64,000 nt of DNA from Lama guanicoe (taxonomy: Eukaryota), in assembly GCA_013239625.1 (NCBI GenBank), contig MU054823.1:152305-216304 (forward strand), in the 5' to 3' direction. Made by a program: the position numbers and the translations under genes. Shown here piece by piece: positions 34,501 through 47,504 of this stretch. How positions within the stretch are numbered: position 1 is the first letter of the stretch; every line of letters starts with the position of its first letter. Below the pieces are notes generated by a model that was not told the DNA's origin, ran no database searches, and saw only the letters and a list, made by a program, of their open reading frames with translations.

Positions 34501-37029
34501 ACAGGCACATCCCCAAACTCCAAAATCCCAGCCTGCCACAAAGGTCAGCAAACACAGGAGTGAGGGAATTCTGTGCCAGTCCCGTGTTCCAGCACCTGAC
34601 CCCTCTGCCCCTCATTCTGAAAAAATGTGAAGGTAAATAAACAGTGTCAGTGCTGTCCCTAATTGACACTCAGGACCAGAGAGAAAGTCGACAGAAGTGC
34701 CACCACTTTTCACCAAGTCACCAAGCAGTTAGCCCTGAACCAAAAGACCCAAAACCCAAATTCTTCTGCACCTCCTGAGAAGGAGGCAGCATCAAAGTGG
34801 CCCAATCCCGGCCAGCAGGGGGGTCTTCCAGGACCAGCTGCTTTGTCCACGTCTCTGTCCAGACCGCCGCCATCTGATTGCATTTGCGGCTCACCCGTGG
34901 CATTCCTCGCCATCAGTCCTACAGGAGACCAGCTGGTATGCACTGCTGTGGGTCACTACATCCTGCCGATGTTTTTGGGATGCCCTGACATTACAGGCAT
35001 TTAACCTCCCCAGCTTCTGCCCTACAAGCCCCCACGTAGTTCCGACACGCTTTGGTTATTCACCAAGGTTCCCACCTTCTGGGGCCGACTTGCCGTCCTT
35101 CCCTGGAATAAGGATGGAGGCAGGGCAAGTGGACAGGACCCCACCAACAATGGGGTCTGCCACTTAGGTGTGTGGGTGAAATCCATGCAGTGTTTTCAGC
35201 CCGCTCTTCATGAAACATGGCGTCTCACCTGATCGGCTGCTGGTGTCCCTCCCCTTCACCAGCGTCTGTCCTTCGCAGATGAGAGGACTTGCTGCGTGAC
35301 TGTTAGAGTCCGGTGCCCCTTTCAGCAGTTTATTCTACAGTTACTGGTCTACTCTGGTTTTCCTCTCTTTCCAGGGTCAACTTTGATCATTTACGTTTTG
35401 GTCCAAGATCATGGTTTTCCCTGGCTCTTCCAGTTTACTCTCATGATGTTCCCTCACAGTTTGTCTTGGTTATTGCTCTGTTTTCCTTTCTTAATGTGGT
35501 GTGTTTGTGTTTTCACTCTGAGGCAGCCGCTACTCGTGGGGATCCACAGCCCTTCTGGTTCTCCTGAGAGACAGAACCCCAGTTAGTTTGGAACAGCATG
35601 TGCCAGCAGGGACAGTACATTCCTGGCCTCCCCTCCAGCCAGGTGTGGCTGTGTGACAAAGTTCTGGGGGACTCTGGGGGACATCTTGCTTTCCTCCTGA
35701 TGCTTCCTCCTCCCTGGAACCCAGACATGAGCCCAGAGGCAGAGTAACCTCGTCTCCACTGAAGGTGCACAGCAGACACCCCTGTGGCCGCACCCACGCC
35801 ACCACCGCCCACTTCTGAATGGTGACCTGGGGAAAATGCTACGCATCTCACTCCCGTGCTAGGCCACCACATCCCAGTCCCCTGCAGTCAGAGGTGGATC
35901 CTACATGATACAATCTTTTTTTCTCGAATGGGCCCTCTCGGGAATTCATCAACTTTTTTTTCCCTTAAATACTCAGGTTTTGTTTTGTTTTGTTTTCCCC
36001 TGTGTGACTGGTGTCAGCTTTTAATCTTCAGCTATTTCCCCCTGCCACTTTTTTTTAATTTGGTTAATTTATTTTATATATATATACGCATTATATATGT
36101 ATAGTAATCAACTCCCCTAAGTTTACAGACTTTCCTTTGGTTTATTCCGTACACTTTATATAATGTTATTTACTTTTTAGGTAACATGCAGTTTGTGTTC
36201 TTTCCTTTAATTCATACCTTATTTAGAAAAAGCTCTTGACTTCCAATGGTTACAGTCTATTTTGGATGTTTTTCGTTGTCAAATTCTAGACCTCCACACT
36301 TCAAAAGACAAGCTTTGGGATTCTCTTGTTACAGAAGATGTGGAGTTTCACCAACCTTAGCTCTATAATACCCACTTAGCCAGACAGGAGCCTCCCCCAG
36401 GGCCCCTCTGCCCTCCCCAGAGGCAACTTCTTGTAACTCTGAGCTGCTGATTTGGCACTGAATTCCAAAATTCCAAACCACATGCTTCTGCATCTGGAAT
36501 TCTGCTTTCTAATTTAGGCCTTATCTGTTGACTTAGCCTCAGGAGAAGGAAGCTTCACCTTTCCCCACCTAACAGAAACACGTTGCTTTGTCCTGGGGTG
36601 TGAGTGGGAGCATCTTCTAGGATTACTTTCAATTTTCCCTGGAGCTAAGAATAATTTTATTCTGTTGTTATTGTTGCCGATGGCCAGGGTGAGCCAAGGA
36701 GCTTAGCTTACAGGGTTTAGCTCTGGGGAAGGGCAGCATCAGGCAGGCATGTTGGGGGAGAGGAGCCCAGGGTTCTGCACCAAGGCAGAGGGTAAGGGTG
36801 GACAAGGCTGGATCTTTACAGGAACTTGATAAAGATTAGCTGTGGTTCCTGCTTATGCTCTGGTGTTGCTGCCCCTACAAACGGTGTTCTTAGGTGAGGG
36901 GAGCCCCACGTGAAGTCTGAGTGCGGTCCGTAGTCACCATACCTAGAGAAGTAATGAAAGGGAGCAGGCTGCGGAGAGTCCAACTCCGGAAGCAGGCCGG
37001 TTCCGCAGGCTGGCTGCTCCTGGATGCAA

Positions 37030-37165
37030 GTCGGTTCTGGAAGCAGGTTGTGGAGGCGAGTTCTAGAGGAGGGTTCTTGGGGGGTGGCTTTTGGAAGCGT
37101 TCTGGAGGAAGGTTCTGGGAAGTGGGCTCCACAGGTGGGTTCTGGAGGAAGGTTCTGGCGGCGTG
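37030..37165. repeat. Degenerate ~13-bp tandem repeat (GGTTCTGGARG core)
   Basis: ggttctggaagca, ggttgtggaggcg, agttctagaggag, cgttctggaggaa, ggttctgggaag, ggttctggaggaa, ggttctggcgg. Confidence 0.65.
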
Positions 37166-37920
37166 ACAATGGACTGCCAACCACCACACCGCTCTGAGGC
37201 CAGGCCGGAGCCCGGGTCCCCACCCAGAGAGAGGAAAACGGACCTCAAGCGCTGCACGGGCGCTCGCTCTAGCAAAACCGTTAAGCCCATCGCGAACGTT
37301 TTCGGACTCGTCCCGCAGAGGCCCAGCCGCCAGGGAGGATGAAACCCGCGCTGCCCTGGGCCCTGCGCTACGCCTTGTTTTTCACTTTTCTGCCGGCCGG
37401 CGGTTGCCAGGGGCGATCGCATTACCCCCACGGGACTCCGCGGGCACGGCGGGCGGGGCCTGTCTGCGGAGCCACCTCCCCCACGCTCTGGTTGGTTGAG
37501 GCTGCTGTCCGTCGGAGCCGCCGCCGCCGCCGATTGGGCAGCGGAAAGTTTCTCACGTTCGGTCCCCAGCACCCCGCCCCTCCCCTCCGGCCCTCTGGGT
37601 TGCCGCCACCGGGAGAGGGCGGTGCGGGATCCTGCGCGTCGGGAGAGCCTGCGCTGGCGTCGGCTTCCAGGCGGGTGCAGCCCGGGCAGGAGGCAGGAAT
37701 GGTTCCCGAGGAGAAGCTGAATGGTCCCGGCACCGGCGAGGAGAGAGCCCGGCTGCAGGCGGCCGGCAGCATCCGCAAGGTGGGCGCCCCCGAGGGCTGG
37801 GGGCACCGGGAGAAGGGCTCACTCCTGTCGCCATCTGCCGCAGGCGCGCACGAGGCTGCGGAGCCGGTGTTGGCTTCTCCCGTTCAAGCGCGCCGCTAGA
37901 CTCTGGGGCGGATCCCCGCA
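37150..37920. promoter_or_regulatory. RHPN1 CpG island promoter
   Basis: CpG-rich, with GC boxes, an inverted CCAAT (gattgg, about 37532) and a (GCC)n run; overlaps exon 1. Confidence 0.8.
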
Positions 37921-40900
37921 TCTTACCCCTAGAGGCAAACTGGGCTTCCCTCTGGGGAAACTGAGCCCGGCTGCCTGTCTGGACTGAGCTCCTTTCTCTC
38001 CCTTGGGGGGACCCATCCTGTACCGACCAGGAATGGGTGGGAGCGCAAATCCGGCTCGTGGTTTTCTCCGACTCTCTGAGACCCCTTTCTCTGGCAGGTG
38101 ATCGGCTCTGGTCAGTGACAGTTCGTGGCCCTCGTGTTTGTTCCTGGCCCCCGACATTCCTCCTCTCCTAGCTTTTCCTTCTCTCTTCCAGGCCTCAGGT
38201 TTGCACTGGGCACCCAGCTCTGTATTTCATGAAACTTTTAGCAACGGGTGGCTGAAACCTACTGGGTACAGGACATGGCTGGAGGACTTCCCAGCTGGAC
38301 AGTTTTGTCTATCCTCACTTCCCTGCACCTCTGCCTCCTTCTGAAGTCCCTGGCCCTGCGCACTGCGGACTGTGGATCATTTCCAGGAGCGCTGGGGAAG
38401 CTGGGAGTGAGAGAGGTGGGGACCTCGGAAGGAGGATCACTCAGGCTACTCCACTCTGTGGCCCAGAGCCCAGTTGTCCCCTGGGAATCAGCACGAGGCT
38501 GCCCCAGCGTTTTCAGTCCTGTGCCACCAAGCAGAGGTGGCACCTGCACCCACAAGGGTGTGGAACCGGCGCTGCTGACTAACTTGCTGTTTGTTCCCAG
38601 ACCTGTGCTGGCATAGTGGTCACCACACTTTGCCAGTTTGGGCCGCCATCCATGCCATTTCCTCCTGGGTTTCTTGAGGGGACCCGCTAGACCCTTGCCT
38701 GTCAGGGATGCAGCAGTGAGGGTGCTTGGGTGTCACTTCTCTGTTCTCCATCAAGGTGGGGGTTGTGGCACACGCGGGTAGATCCCTTTACCACCCAGCA
38801 CTGCAAACTGGGCTGCAGTCGCACCTCCCTCCCAGGCCCCAGGTCCTACAGCCAGCTGGCCTCCTGGAGGGAGCCTGAGGGTTGCAAGGCCATGAGGGGT
38901 GCTGGCTACAGAGCTCAGAGTGGATCCTGGCTCAGAACCTGCCATCTCCCACCTCCAACACATCTCTCTAGGAGCACTTGACTTTGGAGACCAAACGAAC
39001 TGTGTTGATGAGGACAGCCCTGCTGAGCTGGCTGCCCCTGCCCAGGCAGACAGTCATGCTGCTCACCCAGAACCCTTAGAACCTGCTTCTCTGCAGTCGA
39101 ACCATTGGAGGGAGAAGGATGTAGCTTCAGCTGTGGCCTTCCCTCCCTTCCCTCCCAGGATTCTCAGGCCTCCCGGAGGGAAGACAGCCCATGTCCTCTG
39201 CTCCTTCCCTCCTGTGCAGAGCGGGTGTGGGAGGCACCATGGAGAAGAGGCGCAAGCCAGTGGGAATACAGACACTCAACCAGCAGGGCAGGGAGAGGAG
39301 GGCCATGTGTTGTCTTGTTCCCTCCTGGTGCTTCCCCAACACCAGCACCCCGTCCCATCTGCAGAGGAGGGCCCACCCAGGACCCCACAGTGGGACGTCC
39401 TCCAAGTTGACTGCTCCTTCTCTCATTGCTCAGTGGGAACAAGTCCCCTCTCCCTAGTTACCTCAGGACCACTCGGAAGCCTTCTGTCCTTCAAGTCCCA
39501 GAAGAATGCCTCCTCCTACAGGAAGTCCTCCCTAACTGATCTCTCCTGAGAATGTTGGAGTCTGGAGGAGATGCTGGGCTGTAATCCAAGGTGGCCACGT
39601 GCCTTGTGTGTGCAAGGGTGTGAGGCCTTCTTCTGGGTGCCCCCTGTGCAGGGTTGGGACAAGCTAGAGCCCCCAGAGGGTCTGAAACTGCTCTATGTGT
39701 GATGATGGGGGGCACACTTCCTCAGGTATGTGGAAGACAGTGGACATTGCAGGGAGGCTGATGTCAGGCCTGCATGAATAAAACCTTTGCCTGTCCCTGC
39801 CATCAAGGCATGGTTCTGGGAGGCACTGTGTCCTCATCCCTGCTCTGGTCAGGGGCTGGGTGACCACAAGAGAACGTTGCCCAGGAAAGTGCATTCTGAG
39901 AAGCCCTTCTCAACTCTTGGGCTGGTGACTGACCCAGATGGGAGGTGTCTAAATGGCCAGCCATGCCAGGTGGTGGCCACAGCTGCATCAGTCCTACTGG
40001 GGCCGTGAAAGCCCCTCCCCTCAGTGGAGGCAGCCCCTCACCACCTCCCCCGCCCCCCCCCCCACCCCACCCCTGTGGCCCAAGCCACTGGTGACTGACC
40101 CAGATGGGAGGTGTCTAAATGGCCAGCCATGCCAGGTGGTGGCCACAGCTGCATCAGTCCTACTGGGGCCGTGAAAGCCCCTCCCCTCAGTGGAGGAAGC
40201 CTCTCACCACCTCCCCCGCCCCCCACCCCACCCCACCCCTGTGGCCAGAGCCCTCAAGTGGTTGCTGCTGCTTCAAGCTGCCTCACAGCTCCCTGCCTGG
40301 GGCCCCAAGACATGGGCGGGATGGTCCCCATGCAGTGCAAAACCCTCACTGAGGTGGGTGGGGCCGACAGGAGGGCCATTGGGAGGCCTGGCCTCCTGCC
40401 CATGAGCCGAGCAACCCTGGGCCTGTGGTTTGGGTACTTGTGGCAAGTAAGCAGCCGGCTGGGACAGAGCACGGCCAGGCTCATTGTGGCCCAGAGGAGC
40501 CCCAGCACCCTGCAGGCAGACCTTCTCCTTGAGCGCCTGGGCAGGAGCTGGGCTAGGGCACCCCCTACACCTAAATGCATGCAGGCCAAGTAATTGTGTG
40601 GGCGGATGGGTCTTGGGGTTACAGAAGGAATTCACGAGGGCAGGAGGACATGTGGTGAGTGATTGGCCATCTCCCGCCAGGGGCTGGGGGGTAGGTTCTG
40701 GGCTGGACTGCTGAGACCCAGAGTCCCAGCTTCTTCCCGGGACCCTGTCCCAGCCACGCCTCTACCCACCACGGCCTTCCGGGACTGGCCTCATGACCTG
40801 TGGCCTCTCTGCAGAGCCGCGACCTCCTGGCAGATTCGCAGGACAGCCGCCTGCAGAGCCGCAGGACCCGGATCCACCAGCAGATCAACAAGGAGCTGAG

Positions 40901-43900
40901 GATGCGGACTGGCGCCGAGAACCTGTACAGGTGAGTGCTGGGCACGTGGGGCACCTACTGCCATCCCTGACCCTTGACTCTTAGGAGAGTGGTGCCGTGT
41001 TCCCAGAGGCCCCTGCGAACCAGGCCCCCGGGTGATGGGGGCAGGGCAGTGACCCAGGTGGGTGCCTTCTCTTGTGTCCACATGTGAGTCCATGACTGTG
41101 GCCTCCGGTTGGGCTCCCAGGAGGCAGGGCTGCACCTCCCACCAGGGTCTAGGGTGGCCGTGCTGCTCAGCTGAGATCCTCACAGATAACCCAGGCCCCC
41201 ACCTTGGTGGCCCTCACTGGCAGGGGTCAGCTCAGGGCCAGCTGAGTTCCATGCTGGGCTGGACCCGGGCTGGAGGGGTGTCCACACCGGTGTGCAGTGT
41301 GGGAGCCTCTGATATGCTCATGGTGACCAGCAAGGGCACTTTCCACTGAGCTATGGAAGGTTACAGGCGTCCTGAGGTTGAGGACCTGGGAAATGGTCCT
41401 CCAGACGTGGAGGCAGCTCCACCTTAGAGCACGTGAGCAGCGTGTGTGCTCTGACCTCCACACGCACCCGTTCTATGGGTGATGGCCCGAGGCCCAGCCT
41501 GCTCCAGCCCCAGTCGGTGAGAGCAGAGCCAGCTCCAGGATGAGGCTCTGCTGGGCCCAGCAGGCCCCTCTTTCCCTTAGCAGCCCTGCCTTCCTGGAGG
41601 CCGCCGGCCCCTCTGGCAGGCACAGAGAGGGTCTGATCCCCGCGCCTCCAAGGAAGTGGGCTTCCAGTCGCTGTGGAGAGCAGGAGTGGGCTGTGTCCAG
41701 GGGGAGTGAGAGGTGGTGGAGGGCATTTATGTCCTGGAAGTCCTAGGTCTGAGGAGATGCACCTGGGCCAGAGTCACAGCGTACACGTGAGGACAGGAAT
41801 CTGCATGAACTACGGAGGGACACAGGAAAGGGGAAGTCATCTGGTGGGCCCTGGACCCTGCTGCTGTGCCCCACCCCAGGGGTCTGGGGTTGCAGTGAAG
41901 CCCAGGGGCCTGTGGTCCCCCAGCAGGGCTAGGGCTTCACTGCAGCCTGGCCTCCCCCAGAGCCACCAGCAATGCCCAGGTCAGGGAGACGGTGGCCCTG
42001 GAGCTGAGCTACGTCAACTCCAGCCTGCAGCTGCTAAAGGAGGAGCTGGAGGGACTGGATGGCAGCATGGATGCCGACCAACCCGAGAGGTGTGTGTCCA
42101 TGTGTGCATGTGCATGTGTGGGAGGACGCGACCCAGGACAGCATGGTGGGGGCCCCTGTGTACAAGGATGCCAGCCGGGCGGCCCCTGTGGGATGTGATG
42201 TGTGTGGGTGTGCGGGCACATGTATCAGAATCAGAGGAGTGGAGTGCCATACCTAGCAGGAGCAGTAGCGGGTGCACTCCTTGGCCGCTGGGGACGGCAG
42301 AGTCCATCCAGCCCGAGTCCGGACTCGATGCTTCTTGTTCTAGTGAAGGCGTCACCGTCCCCATGATCCCCCTGGGGCTGAAGGAGACCAAGCAGCTGGA
42401 CTGGGCCACACCCCTGAAGGTGAGTGCTGGCCTGTGAGCCCCCCGGGGTCGGGGGCATTTTAGAGGCTTCCTGGTCCAGGCGTCTCACCGAGCGGACGAA
42501 GACTCTGAGGCCCAGAGGGAAGAAGGGTCTGACTTGGAGCCGCCTGGCCTCCCCAGGCTGGAGGGGATTTTGATGGGGTGGACTTGGCAGAGGAGCACAC
42601 CGTAGAAGCCCCAAGATGGCTATAGGGTCCCCTGACTCTTGCTCTGAGGGTCCCGCTGGCTGGGGGCTGCCCCCTCCAGTCAGAACCTGTGCTGAGAAAA
42701 CCCACGGGTTCCTGGGGTCCCTGTGGGGTCTCACAAGCCAGGCCGCCCCGAGCAGCTTGCCACTGCCTGCCAGGTCGGGTGGAAAGGTGCTTTGACTCTT
42801 GGCTTCAGTGTCCCTTCCTGTGGAGTGACAGACAGCACTTGTTCGTGGGGATTATTAAGGGAAATCGGGTAGAAACGTTACCAAGCTTCTGGGCCCCACA
42901 TCTACGGTGCTGGCAGGGCCCACGTCAGGGTGCGTGCCGGCCCTTCTCCAGGGGCCCCGCGCCTGCCTCTGCTGTGGGTCTTCACCACTGCTGGGCTGGG
43001 AGGTCCCAGGGAAGCCCAGTGCCTGTCCCCCCGAACCAGGAGCTGATCTCGGGGCACTTCGGAGAGGATGGGACTTCCTATGAGGCTGAAATCAGGGAGC
43101 TGGAGGAGCTGCGGCAGGTGAGTGGGCTCCTCCCAGTCTGTAGGTGAGAGGCCGAGGCGCAGTCAGGGACGAAGCAAGGGAGCTGGGTGTTGACGTTCAC
43201 ACTGCAGCAGTCCCCACCTGGGACAGTAGGGAGACTGGCGCCCCAGGGCTCTGTGTACGCTGGGGAGTTCCATCCTCACGGGACGCTGCTGGCCCTTTGG
43301 GAGTGGCTGCTCCCTGCCTGTCCCCTCCCCAGGGATCCTGTCTGGGCCTTGCGCCCAGTGCCGACCCTCCCCTGGGCCCTACAGTCTCCTGGAGTGGCAT
43401 GTGTGGTCACAGCAGCCCTGGGGAGGGCAGGTGTGACCCTGTTGACCCCTAGACCCCGGAGTTCTCCCAGGGGGGCTCCAGGGTGGTGTGCATGCCGTGG
43501 GTGGGTTGGGGTGGTGGGACCCAGCGACTCCTGCCCAGCAGGCTGTGCGGACCCCCAGCCGGAGCGAGGCAGGCCTGGAGCTGCTCACGGCCTACTACAA
43601 CCAGCTCTGCTTCCTGGAGGCGCGCTTCGTCACCCCTGCCAGGAGCCTGGGGCTGCTTTTCCACTGGTAGGGCGGGGGTGGCCAGGTGCCCTGGGGCCAC
43701 CTTGGAGACCCCTGGCTTCTTGCTGTCGGAACTCTGCCCAGCCTGACCCCACCCCACAGGTATGACTCGCTGACAGGTGTTCCAGCCCAGCAGCAGGCCC
43801 TGGCCTTCGAGAAGGGCAGTGTGCTCTTCAACATCGGCGCTCTCCACACCCAGATTGGGGCTCGCCAGGACCGCTCCTGCCCCGGGGGCACCGGCCGTGC

Positions 43901-46900
43901 TGTCGAGGCCTTTCAGAGGGCTGCTGGTGAGGCTGCCCAGACCCCAGCCCCGCGGCTGTGCCAGCACACTCCTTGCTTCTAGGCCCGTGCAGCAGGGGCC
44001 CTTCTCTGTGGTCAGAGCTGAGGGGATGAGCAGGACGGCCCGCCACCCTTGGAGCTCAGCACGCACAGGCCCTCTCTGAGGCGTGCAGAGGGTGCTCCCC
44101 AACCATGGGTGGGGGGCACAGGTGGGGGCAGCCCTGCTGCACCACTGTGAGCTCCCCTCCCCCTCCGCAGGGGCCTTCGGCCTCCTGAGAGAGAACTTCT
44201 CCCATGCGCCCAGCCCCGACATGAGCCCCACTTCGCTCTCCATGCTGGAGCAGCTCATGACTGCCCAGGCCCAGGAGTGTGTCTTCGAGGGCCTCTCCTT
44301 GCAGGCCCCCACGGACCCCTACGACTGCCTGGCCCAGCTGCACCTGGCCCAGGAAGCCGCCCAGGTGAGCACGGGAGCCCCTGTCCCTGGGAGACAGACC
44401 AGGCTGCTGTGGCTCAGCAGGCAGCAGGGCCTGGGTTGGGGGTGCCAGCTGGAGCTGAGCGGGCAGAGCTGAGGTCTGGGCAAGGAGGGGCAGAGTGCTG
44501 TGGCCATGTCTCCTTCTGTTGACTCCCAAAGCCAGCTGTTGTCCTGTGCCTTGTGGGGTTGATCAGGACCCCAGGGTCCTGGGTCCCTGCTTCTGTGGCA
44601 ACACCCATCAAAGCAGTAGCTGGGGACCTCGACCCTAGAGCTCAGCTGAGTGTGAGGCGGAGCGGCTGGGACTTTGGCGGGGGTGGGTGGAGGCCCCACG
44701 GTGAGGAGAGGCTGGGGCCAAGGCTGCTGGGCTGGTCCTGGTGTCCCGCAAGAGGCCCCATGTCCCGCCATGTGCACCAGCAGGTGGCGGCCGAGTACCG
44801 GCTGGTGCACCAGACCATGGCCCAGCCGCCCGTCCAAGACTACGTGCCCTTCCCCTGGACCACCCTGGTGCACGTGAAGGCTGAGTACTTCCGCGCCCTG
44901 GCGCACTACCACGCAGCCCTGGCCCTGTGTGACGGCCCCTGTGAGTGCCGCGCCCACCTGCCCCTGTGCCGGCTGGGCCCGGCCAGTGGCTCATGGCTCT
45001 CTCTGACCCCTAGTGGTAGCCGAGGCGGAGCTCCCAGCCGTTGAGCAGGTCTTTCTCGGGCTCTCAGCCTCCTCTGCACCCAGGGGCCCGGCGCTGCCCC
45101 AGGAGCGGGAGGAGAGCAGGAAGCTGGGTGAGGCGCCGGGAGGAGGGTCCTGGGGCCCCTGCAGGGGTGGGAGGTGAATGACCCACCCCACCCTGTCATT
45201 CGCAGTCCTGGTGTCCCGGCACTGGTGGGCGATGCCCAGAGCAGGGGCCCAAGCCTTGTGGGCAGCGAGCGTTATAGGCAGGTGGGGGCACACCTGAGAA
45301 GCAGCTCTTCCCTGGCTCAGCTCTTCCCACTGGAAGCCCTCACCTGCTCTCCTCTTGCTGCACCTGGGGGCGGGGGGAGCTGGGGCCCCACACAGCGTGT
45401 GACAGCTTGGTCCCCTGCAGGCAAGGCCCACCTGAAGCGGGCCATCCTGGGTCAGGAGGAGGCACTGCGGCTGCATGCCGTGTGCCGGGCCCTGCGCAGG
45501 GTGGACCTGCTGCAAGCCGTGCTGGCCCAGGCGCTGCAGCGCTCACTGGCCAAGTACTCGGAGCTCGACCTCGAGGATGACTTTTTCGAGACCACTGAGG
45601 CCCCTGACATCCAGCGTGAGCAGCCAGGCCCCCAGGGGTGGGTGTGTCCTGGCCGGAGGGCTGACTGGGTGGAGGCCCCTGCCATCAGCTCCCAGGAGCT
45701 GCGGGCCCTGGAAGGAGGAGCAGGCCGGCTGGGGGAAGCCCAGGCCAACAGTGGGCTCGCTCCCTGGTCCCTCCATGCCGCCCCATCCCTGCACCTGTTT
45801 CCTGTCCCATGGGAAGCTGCCACCTGGGAGACAGACACCACAGGCCAGATGTCCAGGGGGAGCTGAGGGCCCAGGAACCACATGGGGCTCCTCCTGGTAG
45901 TGAGGGGGCAGTTGGGCCAAGGAGGTCTGCAGAGGGTCCGGTGTGCTCAGCCTGCACCTTGGGTCACCCAGTGTGCTCTGGCCAAGCTGCATCCAGCTGC
46001 GTCCCTGAGTTCTGGGGCATGAGCCTTGGGCTGAGCCCTGCCCTCCCTTCACCTTCACCCTTCCAGCTAAGACACATCAGAGGCCGAAGGCCAGGGCACC
46101 CAGCTTCTCTCGGGTGAAGGTGGCTGACATCTTCCACCGGCTGGTGAGCACCCCTCCCAGGCCACCCCCACCTCTCTCCGTGTTTTCAGCAGGCCCACGA
46201 CGGGTGGCCACGCCCCGCCCCTCTGCAGACCCCACTGGTTTCTGTCCCAGGGTGTACACTGGGGCGAGGGTGCTACGGGCCAGGGCTCCGCCAGATGGCG
46301 GCAGCCCAGCCAAGCCTCTGACCTCTGACCCTCCCAGGGGCCCCTGTCCGTGTTCTCAGCCAAGAACCGCTGGCGGCTGGTGGGGCCCATCCACGTGGCC
46401 CGCGGAGAGGGGGGCTTTGGCTTCACGCTGCGGGGAGACTCGCCCGTCCTCATTGCTGCGGTTGTGCCGGGGGGCCAGGCTGCGGTAAGGGCCCCCTGCC
46501 CAGGGCCGAATGCATGAAGGGGACGGTGGGTCTGCAGCTGGGGTGCAGGGGTGCCTGCAAGACCCCCGACTGACCTGTCTCCCTGCAGGCCGCCGGCCTG
46601 AAGGAGGGGGACTACATCGTGTCTGTAAATGGGCAGCCGTGCCGGTGGTGGAAGCACGCAGAGGTGGTGGCCCAGCTGAAGGGCATGGGTGACGAGGGCG
46701 TTAGCCTGCAGGTGGTGACGCTGCTGCCCAGTGTGGAGCCGCCCGGCCTGGTGAGCCCCAGGGCCCTGGGAGGGGGTACCCCCCTCCTGTCCCACCCCGG
46801 CCCTGGGCCTTCTGCCGGGCCCGAACATCCCCAGGTGCTAACAGGGCCTTGGGATGGCCTTCCAGGCAAGCAGCCACCTGTGCCACAGCCTCCACCAGGC

Positions 46901-47323
46901 GGCAATTCCTGCCCACCCCGCAGTGGCCTCCCCACTCCCGGAGGCCCCAGGCAGACGCTGCTGCAGGAACTCTGACCCCTGGCTTTCACCCACCCCAGCA
47001 TGGCAGACCCACTGGGGGCCCTGCTGCATGGCCGCCTTCACAGGAACCCCCAGAATCCACCGTATACCGACCACCTCATCCCCTCATGCTCGCCAGGCCG
47101 GCCCCAAGCAGGTCAGGCCAGGGGTGCTGACCGGTGCCTGTTTCCATTCCAAACACAGGGGGCCCGCCGGCCAGGCCTAGGAGCGCTTCTCAGGAGCCAG
47201 AAGGAGTGTGGCCGGGAGACACCAGGGCCTGCCCGAGCCAGCCCCAGGCCCCTCCTTGGCTGGAGCCGCAAGGCCAAGAGGGGCAAGACTGGAAGGAGGC
47301 TGTCCCCAGCCCCACAGCCCTGA
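37699..47323 (+). CDS. RHPN1: Rhophilin-1 (HR1/REM-1, BRO1 and PDZ domains), 15 coding exons, 660 aa
   Basis: Exons 37699-37779, 40815-40930, 41961-42089, 42344-42419, 43040-43117, 43542-43666, 43760-43926, 44171-44364, 44784-44940, 45014-45127, 45421-45615, 46067-46143, 46338-46484, 46589-46750, 47159-47323. All are GT-AG and phase-consistent, totalling 1983 nt. Motifs [43 protein letters not shown] and [12 protein letters not shown]. Confidence 0.95.
39922..40251. repeat. 166-bp tandem duplication (2 copies) in RHPN1 intron 1
   Basis: ctggtgactgacccagatggg... starts at 39922 and again at 40088; the copies differ at only a few bases. Confidence 0.95.
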
Positions 47324-47498
47324 GCTGCTCGCTGCTCTCACCCTCTGGGTTGCCCAGGGCAATGGTGAGGGGCTGGCTCCCCCCACACCTGGGCACAGGC
47401 TTCAGCTGGCTGGGAGTGAGGACCCCACTCATGCCTTCCCCACCCTAGAGGACCTTCAAGCCGGTTGGCTGCCCCCCGCCCAGTGTCCAGAGCTGCCC

Positions 47499-47504
47499 AT
47501 TAAA
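47499..47504 (+). terminator. RHPN1 proximal polyA signal ATTAAA
   Basis: About 175 nt after the stop codon. Confidence 0.6.
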
